Below the pieces are notes generated by a model. The model was not told where the DNA came from and did no database searches. It saw nothing but the letters and a program-made list of their open reading frames with translations. Made by a program: the position numbers and the translations under genes. Positions 28,499-38,217 of a DNA stretch of 64,000 bases are shown in pieces. Every line of letters begins with the position of its first letter. Within the stretch, counting starts at the first letter, position 1. The stretch covers positions 96,001-160,000 of the forward strand of contig CAWFDF010000010.1 in NCBI GenBank assembly GCA_963814585.1, given 5' to 3'. This DNA comes from an uncultured delta proteobacterium. Its GTDB lineage: Bacteria; Myxococcota; Myxococcia; Myxococcales; Anaeromyxobacteraceae.

Positions 28499-29515
28499 AT
28501 GCTGATCGTGATGAAGCAAGGCGCCACCGCCGAGGAGGTCGAGGCGGTGGAGGAGCGGATCCGGTCGCTGGGCCTGACGCCCCACGCCATCCCAGGCGCC
28601 CAGCGGACCGCCATCGGCATCACCGGGAACAAGGGCGGCCTGGAGGGCTCGCCATTCGAGGGGCTCCCCGGCGTGCGGGAGGTGATCCGGGTCTCGCAGC
28701 CGTTCAAGCTGGTGAGCCGCGAGATGAAGGCCGACGACACGGTCATCGACGTGGGCGGGGTCCCGCTGGGAGGCCCGGCCATCGTGGTCATGGCCGGTCC
28801 GTGCTCGGTGGAGTCCCGCGAGCAGCTCCTGGCGGCGGCGCACGCCGTCAAGGCGGCCGGGGCGCGCTTCCTGCGCGGCGGCGCCTTCAAGCCGCGCACC
28901 AGCCCCTACGAGTTCCAGGGGATGGGCGAGGCCGGGCTCAAGCTGCTCGCCGAGGCGCGCGAGCAGACCGGCCTCAAGGTGGTCACCGAGGTGATGGACC
29001 CGGACGACCTGCCCATGTGCCTGGAGTACGCCGACGTGCTGCAGCTCGGGGCCCGCAACATGCAGAACTTCTCGCTGCTGAAGAGGCTGGGCGCGGTGAA
29101 GAAGCCCATCCTGCTGAAGCGCGGCCCGTCGGCCACCATCCGCGAGTGGCTCATGGCGGCCGAGTACGTGGTGGCCCACGGCAACTACCAGGTGGCCCTG
29201 TGCGAGCGGGGCATCCGCACCTTCGAGACCGCCACCCGCAACACCCTGGACCTCAACGCCGTGCCGGTGCTGAAGGCCCTCACCCACCTGCCGGTGGTGG
29301 TCGACCCGTCCCACGGCATCGGCATCCGGGCCCACGTGCCGGCCATGGCCCGCGCCGGCATCGCCGCCGGGGCCGACGCCATCATCGTGGAGGTCCATCC
29401 CAGGCCGGAGCAGGCGCTCAGCGACGGGCAGCAGTCGCTCACGCCGGCGGAGTTCGCCGAGCTGATGCGGCAGGTGCGGGTCATCGCCGGGGCCATCGGC
29501 CGGGCCATCGCCTAG
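28499..29515 (+). CDS. aroF: DAHP synthase, type I-beta with N-terminal regulatory domain
   Basis: [40 protein letters not shown]. Confidence 0.95.
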   Translation: MLIVMKQGATAEEVEAVEERIRSLGLTPHAIPGAQRTAIGITGNKGGLEGSPFEGLPGVREVIRVSQPFKLVSREMKADDTVIDVGGVPLGGPAIVVMAGPCSVESREQLLAAAHAVKAAGARFLRGGAFKPRTSPYEFQGMGEAGLKLLAEAREQTGLKVVTEVMDPDDLPMCLEYADVLQLGARNMQNFSLLKRLGAVKKPILLKRGPSATIREWLMAAEYVVAHGNYQVALCERGIRTFETATRNTLDLNAVPVLKALTHLPVVVDPSHGIGIRAHVPAMARAGIAAGADAIIVEVHPRPEQALSDGQQSLTPAEFAELMRQVRVIAGAIGRAIA

Positions 29516-29642
29516 AAACGGTCCGCAGCCGGGAGACCGGCGCCGTCCTCGACCGGGGGCGCTGGTCAACGGCGAAGGGGCCTCGCCGTGCCGGCTGCTG
29601 ATCGCCAGCGGCCAGGCCCGGCCGCCTCCCGGGGCTCGGCGG

Positions 29643-30749
29643 TCAGCCCGCCCCGAACCGCCGCGCCGAGAAGGGCGCCAGCTCCACCGGCGGCGGCGTC
29701 CCCAGCACGCAGGCGGCGATGGCGTCGGCGGTGATGGGGCAGAGCAGGATGCCGTTGCGGGTGTGGCCGGTGGCGTAGAAGAGGCCGGGCACGGCGCCGG
29801 GGCCGAGGATGGGCTCGCCGTCGGGGCTGGCGGGGCGGAAGTTGGACCAGGTCTCGACCACCGGCGCCTGCGCGATGGCCGGAGCCAGCTCCATCCCCAC
29901 CTCGAGCACGTGGCGCAGCCCGCCGGCGGTCACCGCCTTCTCGAAGCCGACCTCCTCCATGGTGGAGCCGAGCAGGATCCGGCCGTCGCCGCGCGGCACC
30001 GCGTAGCCGAGGCCGGAGAAGACCACGCGCGTGAGGAGCGGCGGCTGGGTGGCGACCACCGCGATCTGGCCGCGCACCGGGCGCACCGCGTTGGCCGGCA
30101 GCCCGTGCCCGGCCACCTGGAGGCTCCAGGCGCCGGCCGCCAGCACCACCGCGCCGGCGTCGATCGGCCCGCGCTCGTGGTCCACGCCGACGGCGCGTCC
30201 GCCCTGGTGGCGGATCGCCAGCACCCGCCCGGTGAGGAAGCTGGCGCCGGCCCGCTGCGCCGCCACCGCCAGCGCCCGGCCCAGCGCCCTGGGATCGAGC
30301 GACCCCTCGTCCTCGAACCAGAGGGCGCCGCGCGCCTCGCTCGAGAGGCCGGGCTCCAGCCGCCGCACCTCGGCGTCGTCGAGCACGGTCACCGGCAGCC
30401 CGGCCGACTGGAGCTTGGCGGCCCGCCCCGCCAGCAGCCGGGCGTGGTCGTCGTCGAAGGCCACCTCCAGCGTGCCGCCGCCGCGGTGGCCGATGGTGAG
30501 CTCGCTCTCCCGCTCCAGCGCCTCGATGAAGGACGGGTAGCGGGCCAGCGAGGCCCGCCCCAGCGCGTAGAACGGCCCGGGCTCGAGTGCCTCGACGCCC
30601 GGTGAGAGGATCCCGCCGGCGGCGCTCGACGCCTCGGCGCCCGGGATGGCCCGCTCCAGCACCACCACCGAGCGGCCGGCCTGCGCCAGCCGCCACGCCA
30701 CCGCGCAGCCCTGCACGCCCGCCCCGATCACCACCACGTCGGCCTTCAT
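29643..30749 (-). CDS. thiO: Glycine oxidase / FAD-dependent D-amino acid oxidase family
   Basis: VIGAGVQG, ASSAAGGIL, PVRGQ, GHTRNGILL.P.TA. Confidence 0.85.
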   Translation of the reverse strand: MKADVVVIGAGVQGCAVAWRLAQAGRSVVVLERAIPGAEASSAAGGILSPGVEALEPGPFYALGRASLARYPSFIEALERESELTIGHRGGGTLEVAFDDDHARLLAGRAAKLQSAGLPVTVLDDAEVRRLEPGLSSEARGALWFEDEGSLDPRALGRALAVAAQRAGASFLTGRVLAIRHQGGRAVGVDHERGPIDAGAVVLAAGAWSLQVAGHGLPANAVRPVRGQIAVVATQPPLLTRVVFSGLGYAVPRGDGRILLGSTMEEVGFEKAVTAGGLRHVLEVGMELAPAIAQAPVVETWSNFRPASPDGEPILGPGAVPGLFYATGHTRNGILLCPITADAIAACVLGTPPPVELAPFSARRFGAG

Positions 30750-30848
30750 GGCGCGGGAGATTAGGACGTGGCCCGAGGCGATGCCAGCGGCGAGGCGCCG
30801 GCCGGGATCTGGCGAAGCGGGGGTGTGGAGGGAGGGAGACGACCGGCG

Positions 30849-31511
30849 CTAGGTCGTCGCGGCCAGGCCCGAGCCGTTGGTCGGCGGCCGGTGGCCGCGC
30901 GGTGCCAGCCCGTGGAGCAGCAGCTCGTGGACGTTGCGGCGCCAGGTCTCGGGGGACAGCGGGGACTCGACGAAGGGACGGGAGGCCTCCTGCGCCGACG
31001 CCAGCAGCGCGGCCAGGCCGCCCACCGTCACCACCGCCAGCACCGGGTCGATGTCGTTCTCCCGGCCGCCGGCCAGCGCGATGGCGGCCGCGGCGCGGCG
31101 GACCGGCTCGAGGAGCGACGGGTCGTCGCCGGCCAGCTGGGCCAGGTGCGGGGCGCCGTCGAGGTACTCGCGGATGAGCAGCTGCGCGCCCATCTGGTCC
31201 TTCATCATGGCGTCGAGGTAGGCCTCGACCACCGCGGCGGCCCCGCCCGGCCCGTGCTCCACCACCTCGGCGATGTCGACGGCCGCCTCCAGCCAGACGC
31301 TGCGGAGGAGGTCGAGGTAGAGGGCCTTCTTGGAGGACCAGTGCCGGTAGATCAGCGCCACGTTGCAGGCCGCACCGCGAGCGATGCCCTGCACCCGAGC
31401 GCCGTGGTAGCCGCGCTTGGAGAACTCGATGCGGGCTGCATTCCAGATCCGCTCGGCGATGCCGGAGCGGGGGGGACCCAAGCGACGCATGTTGGCGACT
31501 GAGCCGTCCAT
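30849..31511 (-). CDS. TetR/AcrR family transcriptional regulator
   Basis: RIWNAARIEFSKRGY.GARVQGIA..A.CN.ALIYRHW.SK..LY helix-turn-helix. Confidence 0.88.
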   Translation of the reverse strand: MDGSVANMRRLGPPRSGIAERIWNAARIEFSKRGYHGARVQGIARGAACNVALIYRHWSSKKALYLDLLRSVWLEAAVDIAEVVEHGPGGAAAVVEAYLDAMMKDQMGAQLLIREYLDGAPHLAQLAGDDPSLLEPVRRAAAAIALAGGRENDIDPVLAVVTVGGLAALLASAQEASRPFVESPLSPETWRRNVHELLLHGLAPRGHRPPTNGSGLAATT

Positions 31512-31534
31512 GACGTAAATGCTTAGTCCCGGAA

Positions 31535-31548
31535 TTGACGGCGGTCAA
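31535..31548. promoter_or_regulatory. Palindromic operator-like site TTGAC-N4-GTCAA
   Basis: Perfect 5-bp inverted repeat in the AT-richer gap between divergent tetR and dinB. Confidence 0.5.
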
Positions 31549-31599
31549 GTCCCTCACCCGATCGGGGGATCTGGCGGAGGCCCGGGGTAAGGTGGCGCC

Positions 31600-32856
31600 A
31601 TGCCGGGGCCCGGCCGGACCATCCTCCACCTCGATCTGGACGCCTTCTACGCGTCGGTGGAGCAGCTCGACGATCCGTCGCTCCGGGGCCGCCCGGTCAT
31701 CGTCGGGGGACCCAGCAACCGCGGCGTGGTCTGCGCCGCCAGCTACGAGGCCCGCCGCTTCGGCGTCCGCTCCGCCATGCCCACCAGCCAGGCCCGGCGG
31801 CTCTGCCCGGAGGGCGTCTTCCTGCACCCGCGCTTCGGCCGCTACGGGGAGCTCTCCGACCGGGTGTTCGGCGTCTACCGGCGCTACACCCCGCTGGTCG
31901 AGCCGCTCTCGCTCGACGAGGCCTTCCTCGACGTCACCGCCAGCCGGGCCCTCCACGGCGACGGGCCGTCGATCGCGGCGCGCATCAAGCGCGAGGTCCG
32001 CTCCGAGACCGGGCTGGCGGTCTCGGCCGGGGTGGCCGAGGTGAAGCTGGCGGCCAAGATCGCCACCGACCTCGGCAAGCCGGACGGGCTGGTGGTGGTC
32101 CCGGCCGGCGGGGTCGCGGCCTTCCTGGCGCCGCTGCCGGTGGGGCGGCTCTGGGGCGTGGGCGGCGTCACCGAGGCGGCGCTGCGTCGCATCGGCGTCG
32201 CCACCATCGGCGACCTGGCGCGCCTGCCGGAGTCGGCGGTGGGCGCGGCCCTGGGCGCCGACCGGGCGCGGGGCCTGCGGGCGCTGGCGCGGGGCGAGGA
32301 CGACCGCGAGGTGGTGCCGGACGAGGCGGCCCGGAGCGTCGGCGGCGAGGAGACCTTCGAGCAGGACCTGGTGGGCGAGGCGGCGCTGGCGCGGGCCCTG
32401 CTGCTGCAGGCGGGGCGGGTGGGGCGGCGGCTGCGGTCCGCCGGGCTGCGCGGCCGGATCGTGACGCTCAAGGTGAAGTACGCGGACTTCACGCAGGTGA
32501 CCCGGAGGGTGACGCTCCCGGCGGCGACCGACGACGACCGGCTCATCTACCGGACGGCGCGCGACCTGCTGGCCCGCATCGAGGCCGGCCGGCCGGTCCG
32601 GCTGGCGGGCGTGACGGTCTCCGGCTTCGGCGAGGAGGGCGAGCCGGAGGCCGGGCAGCTCGACCTCTTCGGTGCCCCCGGCTCCGGCGGGGGCGCCGAG
32701 GCCCAGCCGGTGGCGTCGGCGCGTCGGCAGGCGCTCCACGCCGCCCTCGACAGGCTGGCCGACAAGTACGGCGAGCGGACGGTGGCGCCGGCCGACCTGT
32801 CCGACCGGGGCGAGGCCGAGCGCTGGCCGGTCCACAGGCGGCGCGACCGGGAGTGA
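31600..32856 (+). CDS. dinB: DNA polymerase IV
   Basis: HLDLDAFYASVE, ASYEARRFGVRSAM, SLDEAFLD, KIATDLGKPDG. Confidence 0.96.
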   Translation: MPGPGRTILHLDLDAFYASVEQLDDPSLRGRPVIVGGPSNRGVVCAASYEARRFGVRSAMPTSQARRLCPEGVFLHPRFGRYGELSDRVFGVYRRYTPLVEPLSLDEAFLDVTASRALHGDGPSIAARIKREVRSETGLAVSAGVAEVKLAAKIATDLGKPDGLVVVPAGGVAAFLAPLPVGRLWGVGGVTEAALRRIGVATIGDLARLPESAVGAALGADRARGLRALARGEDDREVVPDEAARSVGGEETFEQDLVGEAALARALLLQAGRVGRRLRSAGLRGRIVTLKVKYADFTQVTRRVTLPAATDDDRLIYRTARDLLARIEAGRPVRLAGVTVSGFGEEGEPEAGQLDLFGAPGSGGGAEAQPVASARRQALHAALDRLADKYGERTVAPADLSDRGEAERWPVHRRRDRE

Positions 32857-32918
32857 CGGGCGGGGCGGCCCCCCGCCGCGGGCTCGAACCCGCCAGGGAC
32901 CCTCCCAGGCCGGCCGGG

Positions 32919-33152
32919 TCAGCCTCGCAGCAGCGACTTCACGTCCTCGGGCGACAGCACCTTGCCGGTCGACCTCACCTGGCCGTCGACCACCAGCGCC
33001 GGCGTCGACATCACCTTGAACTTCATGATCTCGCGGACGTCCTCCACCTTCTCGACCGGGACGCCGAGGCCGAGCTCGGCCACCGCCCTCTCCGCGCTGG
33101 CGGTGAGCTGCTTGCACTTGGCGCAGCCGGTCCCGAGCACCTGGATCCTCAT
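32919..33152 (-). CDS. Small thioredoxin-like redox protein (MTH895-like)
   Basis: MRIQVLGTGCAKC..., VMSTPALVVDG. Confidence 0.9.
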   Translation of the reverse strand: MRIQVLGTGCAKCKQLTASAERAVAELGLGVPVEKVEDVREIMKFKVMSTPALVVDGQVRSTGKVLSPEDVKSLLRG

Positions 33153-33166
33153 CTCGACCTTCCTCC

Positions 33167-34291
33167 TCACAGCACCGCGTTGAACAGCCAGCCGACCAGC
33201 AGGATGCCGCCGGCCACCACGCCCACGAAGGCAACGATCAGGGGCGGGCGCAGCACCTTGCGCAGGATGATCAGCTCCGGCAGCGACAGGGCGATGACCG
33301 ACATCATGAAGGCCAGCACGGTCCCGAGCGCCGCCCCCTTGCCGAGCAGGGCCTCGACCACCGGGATGATGCCGGCGGCGTTCGAGTACATGGGCACGCC
33401 GATGACCACCGCCAGCGGCACCGACCACCAGGCCGACTTGCCCATGAAGCTGGCGAGCAGCCCCTCCGGCACGTAGCCGTGGATGCCGGCGCCGACGGCG
33501 ATGCCGGCCAGCACCCAGGGCCAGACCTTCCCGACGATCTCCCGCACCGCCTCGAGCCCCTTCTCGACGCGGCCGGAGAAGCCGAGCCGCTCCTTCTCGA
33601 AGGTGGCCTCGGCGCGCATCGACTCGTAGACCCAGGGCTCGACGAAGCGCTCCAGCTTCAGGCGGCCGAGGACGTAGCCGGAGAGGATGGCGATGGCGAG
33701 GCCGGTGCCGAGGTAGAGGGCGGCCACCTTCCAGCCGAACATGCCGAAGAGCAGGACCAGGGCGACCTCGTTCACCATGGGCGCCGAGACCAGGAAGGAG
33801 AGCGTCACGCCGAGCGGGATGCCCACCTCGACGAAGCCGATGAAGAGCGGGACCGCCGAGCAGGAGCAGAAGGGGGTGACGATGCCCAGCAGCGCGGCCA
33901 GGACGTTGCCCACCGACTCGCGCTTCCCCGCCAGGATGGCGCGGGTGCGCTCGGCGGTGAAGAAGGACCGGACGATCCCGACCAGGAAGACGATGAGCGT
34001 GAGGAGGAGCAGCACCTTGGGCGTGTCGTAGAGGAAGAAGGCGACGGCCTCCCCGGCGCGCGAGCCGTGCGCCAGGCCGAGCGCGGTGAAGCTGAGCCAG
34101 TCCGCGAGCGGCTGGATGGCCAGGTAGGCGGCGGCCCAGGCGGCCAGGCCGAGGGCGAGCAGGACGCCCGTCACCACGGCGCGGGAGCGCGGCGGCTCGC
34201 CCGGCTTCACGCCGTCCCACGGGTTGGAGCAGCACGCGGCCGGCTTCACGTCACGCTCGATCACGGGGAGGCTCATCGGTCCGGCTTTCAC
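33167..34291 (-). CDS. ArsP/DUF318 family permease
   Basis: TPFCSCSAVP, SAPMVNEV, GVPMYSNAAG, LSLPE. Confidence 0.9.
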   Translation of the reverse strand: MKAGPMSLPVIERDVKPAACCSNPWDGVKPGEPPRSRAVVTGVLLALGLAAWAAAYLAIQPLADWLSFTALGLAHGSRAGEAVAFFLYDTPKVLLLLTLIVFLVGIVRSFFTAERTRAILAGKRESVGNVLAALLGIVTPFCSCSAVPLFIGFVEVGIPLGVTLSFLVSAPMVNEVALVLLFGMFGWKVAALYLGTGLAIAILSGYVLGRLKLERFVEPWVYESMRAEATFEKERLGFSGRVEKGLEAVREIVGKVWPWVLAGIAVGAGIHGYVPEGLLASFMGKSAWWSVPLAVVIGVPMYSNAAGIIPVVEALLGKGAALGTVLAFMMSVIALSLPELIILRKVLRPPLIVAFVGVVAGGILLVGWLFNAVL

Positions 34292-34316
34292 GCTTCGGGT
34301 TCCGTGGAGGCGCCTG

Positions 34317-35018
34317 TCAGGTCGCCGTGGAGAGGAAGTAGATCCCGCCGGCGATGACCGCGACGCCGGCCCCGCCCCTCACCAGCACGGCGGCGCGGGC
34401 CCCGGCCTTCCAGGAGAGCCAGCGCTGGACGTTCTGGGCCGAGGCGCCGGCGACGACGATGGCCACCGAATGGCCCAGGCCGTAGAGGAGGACCAGCAGC
34501 ACGCCGTAGGCGGCCTGGTCGGCGCCGGCGCGGAAGGCCAGCCCGAGCAGCGGCGCCATGAAGGCGAAGGTGCAGGGACCGAGGGCGGCGCCGAACACCA
34601 GCCCCAGGAGGAGCGCTCCTCCTGGACCCTTCCGGCTCGTGCCGGCCGGGAGCGACGACCAGGAGGGCAGCGGCAGGATCCCCAGGAGGTTGAGCCCGAC
34701 CGCGAAGAAGACGGCCGCCAGGGCGTAGGTGATCCACGGGCCGACGTCGCCCGCCATCCGGCCGGCCGCCACGGTGACGGCGCCGATGGCGGCGATGCTG
34801 CCGAGGATGCCGAGCGCGAAGCTGGCCGAGACCACCACCGCGCGGCGACCGGTGGGCAGCTCCTCGCCGCCGCTCATGTAGGCCACCACCAGCGGGATGC
34901 TGGAGAGGTGGCAGGGCGAGAGGACCACCGAGAGCGCACCCCAGAGGAAGGCGGCAGGGAGGGCCAGGGCGGCGGAGGCCTCGAAGGCGCGGCCAAAGGC
35001 GGTGAGCAGCTCGACCAT
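34317..35018 (-). CDS. CcdA/DsbD-like membrane thiol-disulfide transporter
   Basis: LSPCHL and LGPCTF cysteines in a multi-TM protein. Confidence 0.85.
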   Translation of the reverse strand: MVELLTAFGRAFEASAALALPAAFLWGALSVVLSPCHLSSIPLVVAYMSGGEELPTGRRAVVVSASFALGILGSIAAIGAVTVAAGRMAGDVGPWITYALAAVFFAVGLNLLGILPLPSWSSLPAGTSRKGPGGALLLGLVFGAALGPCTFAFMAPLLGLAFRAGADQAAYGVLLVLLYGLGHSVAIVVAGASAQNVQRWLSWKAGARAAVLVRGGAGVAVIAGGIYFLSTAT

Positions 35019-35025
35019 GGCGCCC

Positions 35026-35439
35026 CTAGAAGCTCACGCCGACGGCCTTCCACCGGGCCAGGATCTCGTCCTTGCCCATGAAGCCCTCGTGGCGCGCCAG
35101 CTCCCGTCCGTCGGCGCCGTAGAAGATCTGCGTCGGGATCATGCGGATGCCGTAGGGCCTGCCCGCGTCGGGGTCTTGCCAGACGTCGACGAACAGGACC
35201 TCCATGCGGCCGGCGTACTCGGCCTTCAGCCCCTCCAGGATCGGCGCCATGGCCTTGCAGGGGATGCACTTGCCGGCCCCCACGTCCACCAGCCGCGGGA
35301 TGGGAGCGGCGGAGGTCGCCGGCGCAGACGGCCGGGCCTGTTCGGAGGCCTGGCCGGGGATCGCCGTGCAGGCCAGCCCGGCGCCGAGCAGCGCTGCGGC
35401 GGCAACCGAGAGCGGCACCCCCATCGTCTTCCCGTCCAT
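35026..35439 (-). CDS. Thioredoxin family protein with signal-like N-terminus
   Basis: CIPCKAMAP, IPTQIF..DG.E..RHEGF; hydrophobic N-terminus. Confidence 0.88.
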   Translation of the reverse strand: MDGKTMGVPLSVAAAALLGAGLACTAIPGQASEQARPSAPATSAAPIPRLVDVGAGKCIPCKAMAPILEGLKAEYAGRMEVLFVDVWQDPDAGRPYGIRMIPTQIFYGADGRELARHEGFMGKDEILARWKAVGVSF

Positions 35440-35470
35440 GGCGTCGCACCTCCGTCGCGGAACGGGCGGC

Positions 35471-35490
35471 TTATCGCACGATGACGATGA
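35471..35490. promoter_or_regulatory. Candidate ArsR-type operator
   Basis: TTATCG-N8-CGATGA in the divergent gap between the redox operon and arsR. Confidence 0.45.
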
Positions 35491-35602
35491 GCAGGCAAGC
35501 CGGCGGGGTGGGGTCGATTGTCACATCCGGCCCGCCGTGACGCTGGCGTGACCGCCTCGGCTCCCCGTTGCGGTCGATGCTCTTCTATCGTAGAAGCCCT
35601 TC

Positions 35603-35953
35603 ATGACCGTGGCCCTCAGGAAGGATCGCTGCGCGCCGGTGACGGTGTCCCGGGAAGAGCCAGACCTGCGCCCCGTCGAAGGCGGGGGGGCCGACGACGA
35701 GCTGGCGGCCCTGGCCAAGGCCCTGGGGCATCCGGCTCGCGTCCAGATCATGCGGCTGCTGGTCCGGCGCGACGCCTGCATCTGCGGCGACATCGTCGAC
35801 GAGCTGCCGCTGGCCCAGTCCACGGTCTCGCAGCACCTCAAGGTGCTGAAGGAGGCCGGGCTGGTCAAGGGCGAGATCGACGGCCCGCGGGTCTGCTACT
35901 GCGTCGAGCCGAGCGCCCTGCGCCGCCTCAAGGCGCTGGTCGGCAGCCTCTAG
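35603..35953 (+). CDS. arsR: ArsR/SmtB metalloregulator
   Basis: [39 protein letters not shown]. Confidence 0.92.
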   Translation: MTVALRKDRCAPVTVSREEPDLRPVEGGGADDELAALAKALGHPARVQIMRLLVRRDACICGDIVDELPLAQSTVSQHLKVLKEAGLVKGEIDGPRVCYCVEPSALRRLKALVGSL

Positions 35954-35962
35954 GAGCCCGCC

Positions 35963-37090
35963 GTGACCCAGCCCGCCAGCGTCGCCCGCCGCCTCTCCTT
36001 CCTCGACCGCTACCTGACGCTCTGGATCTTCGCCGCCATGGGCGCCGGCATCGCGCTCGGCTTCCTCGTGCCGGGCGTGAACCAGGCCCTGGACCGGCTG
36101 TCGGTCGGGACCACGTCGATCCCCATCGCCGTCGGCCTGGTCCTGATGATGTACCCGCCGCTCGCCAAGGTCCGCTACGAGGAGCTGCCGCGGGTGCTGA
36201 AGGACGGGCGCGTCCTCACCCTCTCGCTGGTGCAGAACTGGATCGTCGGGCCGCTGCTGATGTTCCTGCTGGCGGTGGTCTTCCTGCGCGACAAGCCCGA
36301 GTACATGGTCGGGCTCATCCTCATCGGCCTGGCCCGCTGCATCGCCATGGTCATCGTCTGGAACGACCTGGCCGGCGGCGACACCGAGTACTGCGCCGGG
36401 CTGGTGGCCTTCAACTCGGTCTTCCAGGTGCTCTTCTTCTCGGTCTACGCCTGGGTCTTCATCACCGTGCTGCCGGGCTGGCTCGGGCTGCAGGGGGCCG
36501 AGGTGCACATCACCATCGGGGAGATCGCCTAGAGCGTCTTCATCTACCTCGGCATCCCCTTCCTGGCCGGCATCGCCAGCCGCTTCGGCCTGCGGGCGCT
36601 GAAGGGGGAGGACTGGTACCGCAAGGTCTTCATCCCGCGCATCTCGCCCATCACGCTCGTCGCCCTGCTCTTCACCATCGTGGTGATGTTCTCGCTCAAG
36701 GGCGAGACCATCGTGCAGCTCCCCTTCGACGTGGTGCGCATCGCCATCCCGCTGCTCGTCTACTTCGTGGTGATGTTCTTCGTCTCCTTCTTCATGAGCC
36801 GCAGGCTGGGGGCCAGCTACGGCCAGACCGCCACGCTCTCCTTCACGGCCTCGTCGAACAACTTCGAGCTGGCCATCGCGGTGGCGGTCGCCACCTTCGG
36901 CATGAACCACGGCGCCGCCTTCGCGGCCGTCATCGGGCCGCTGGTCGAGGTCCCGGTGCTCATCGGCCTCGTCAACGTGGCGCTGCGGCTGCGCGACCGC
37001 TGGTTCCCGGGCGAGGCGGCCCGCCTCGAGGCGCTGAGGAACTGCGTCGGCGACTTCCCGGCGCCTCCGGCCAACCGGAGGCAGGCATGA
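35963..37090 (+). pseudogene. acr3: ACR3-family arsenite efflux pump with an in-frame TAG at 36530-36532
   Basis: [48 protein letters not shown] all in one frame, interrupted by one TAG. Confidence 0.9.
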
Positions 37091-37539
37091 GCGGAGCGTC
37101 ATGGCAGTCCGAGGCCGCGGAGCTCCAGGCGCTCGCTCCGAGGCACCTCCTCTTCCTCTGCGTCGCCAACTCGGCGCGCAGCCAGATGGCCGAGGGCATC
37201 GCGCGGTCGCTCGCCCCGGCGGGCGTGAAGATCTCGTCGGCCGGCTCAGCGCCATCGCGCCTCAACCCGCTGGCGGTCCGGGCACTCGCGGAGATCGGCC
37301 TCGACATCAGCGGCCACTTCTCCAAGAGCGTGAACGAGATCCCGCCCGACGGCGTCGAGGCGGTCATCACGCTCTGTGCCGAGGAGGTCTGCCCGGTCTT
37401 CCTCGGGAAGGCGCGCCGCATCCACTGGGGTCTCCCCGATCCGGCCGGCCGTGGGGCCACCGAGGCCGAGCAGCTCCAGTCCTTCCGTGACGTCCGCGAC
37501 GAGCTCAGGCGGCGGCTCTCCGTGGTCTTCGCGCGCTGA
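37087..37539 (+). CDS. arsC: Arsenate reductase (LMW-PTP fold, thioredoxin-type)
   Basis: [37 protein letters not shown]. Confidence 0.92.
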   Translation: MSGASWQSEAAELQALAPRHLLFLCVANSARSQMAEGIARSLAPAGVKISSAGSAPSRLNPLAVRALAEIGLDISGHFSKSVNEIPPDGVEAVITLCAEEVCPVFLGKARRIHWGLPDPAGRGATEAEQLQSFRDVRDELRRRLSVVFAR

Positions 37540-37555
37540 ACGAGGAGAGGTCGCC

Positions 37556-38209
37556 ATGCCCACCATCCAGGTCTTCGATCCCGCCATGTGCTGCTCCACC
37601 GGCGTCTGCGGTCCCGAGGTGGACCCGGCGCTGGTCCGCTTCGCGGCGGACCTCGAGTGGTTGAAGGAGAACGGCGTGAACGTGGAGCGCTTCAACCTCT
37701 CCCAGGAGCCGGCCGCCTTCGTCGCCAACCCGGAGGTGGTCGCCGCCATGCGCGGACACGACGACGCCCTGCCGCTGCTGCTCCTCGACGGGAAGATCGT
37801 GGCGCAGGGCACCTACCCGGAGCGAGCGGCGCTGGCCGGCCTGGTTGGCGTTGCGGCGCCCAGGAGCATCTACTCGGAGGACGTGGCGGAGCTGGTGGCC
37901 ATCGGCGCCGCCATCGCCTCCAACTGCGAGCCCTGCTTCCGGTTCCACTACGACAAGGCCCGCAAGCTCGGGGTGTCGAAGCAGGACATGGCGCTCGCGG
38001 TCACGACTGCGAAGATGGTGAAGGAGTCGCCGGCACGAGCCGTCGTCGCCCTGGCCGAGAAGTACCTCGGCGCGAAGATCGCCACCAAGGAGGGCCCGGA
38101 CGCCTGCAAGCCAGCGACGGAGGCGGCGGCCTCGGCCTGCTGCCCGCCCGCGGAGGCGGCTCCAGTCAGCCTCGGGAAGCCCGGCGGCGCGCCCAAGAAG
38201 TGCTGCTGA
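37556..38209 (+). CDS. arsD: ArsD metallochaperone fused to a CMD/AhpD-like domain and a Cys-rich tail
   Basis: FDPAMCCSTGVCGP, then ELVAIGAAIASNCEPCFRFH, then ..ACC..KKCC*; AGGAGAGG upstream. Confidence 0.88.
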   Translation: MPTIQVFDPAMCCSTGVCGPEVDPALVRFAADLEWLKENGVNVERFNLSQEPAAFVANPEVVAAMRGHDDALPLLLLDGKIVAQGTYPERAALAGLVGVAAPRSIYSEDVAELVAIGAAIASNCEPCFRFHYDKARKLGVSKQDMALAVTTAKMVKESPARAVVALAEKYLGAKIATKEGPDACKPATEAAASACCPPAEAAPVSLGKPGGAPKKCC

Positions 38210-38217
38210 GGACCGGG

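Noticed and set aside
36530..36600. Pyrrolysine or amber recoding in acr3
   Set aside because: TAG is a normal stop in this window, no pyl genes are visible, and neighbouring sequence is error-prone
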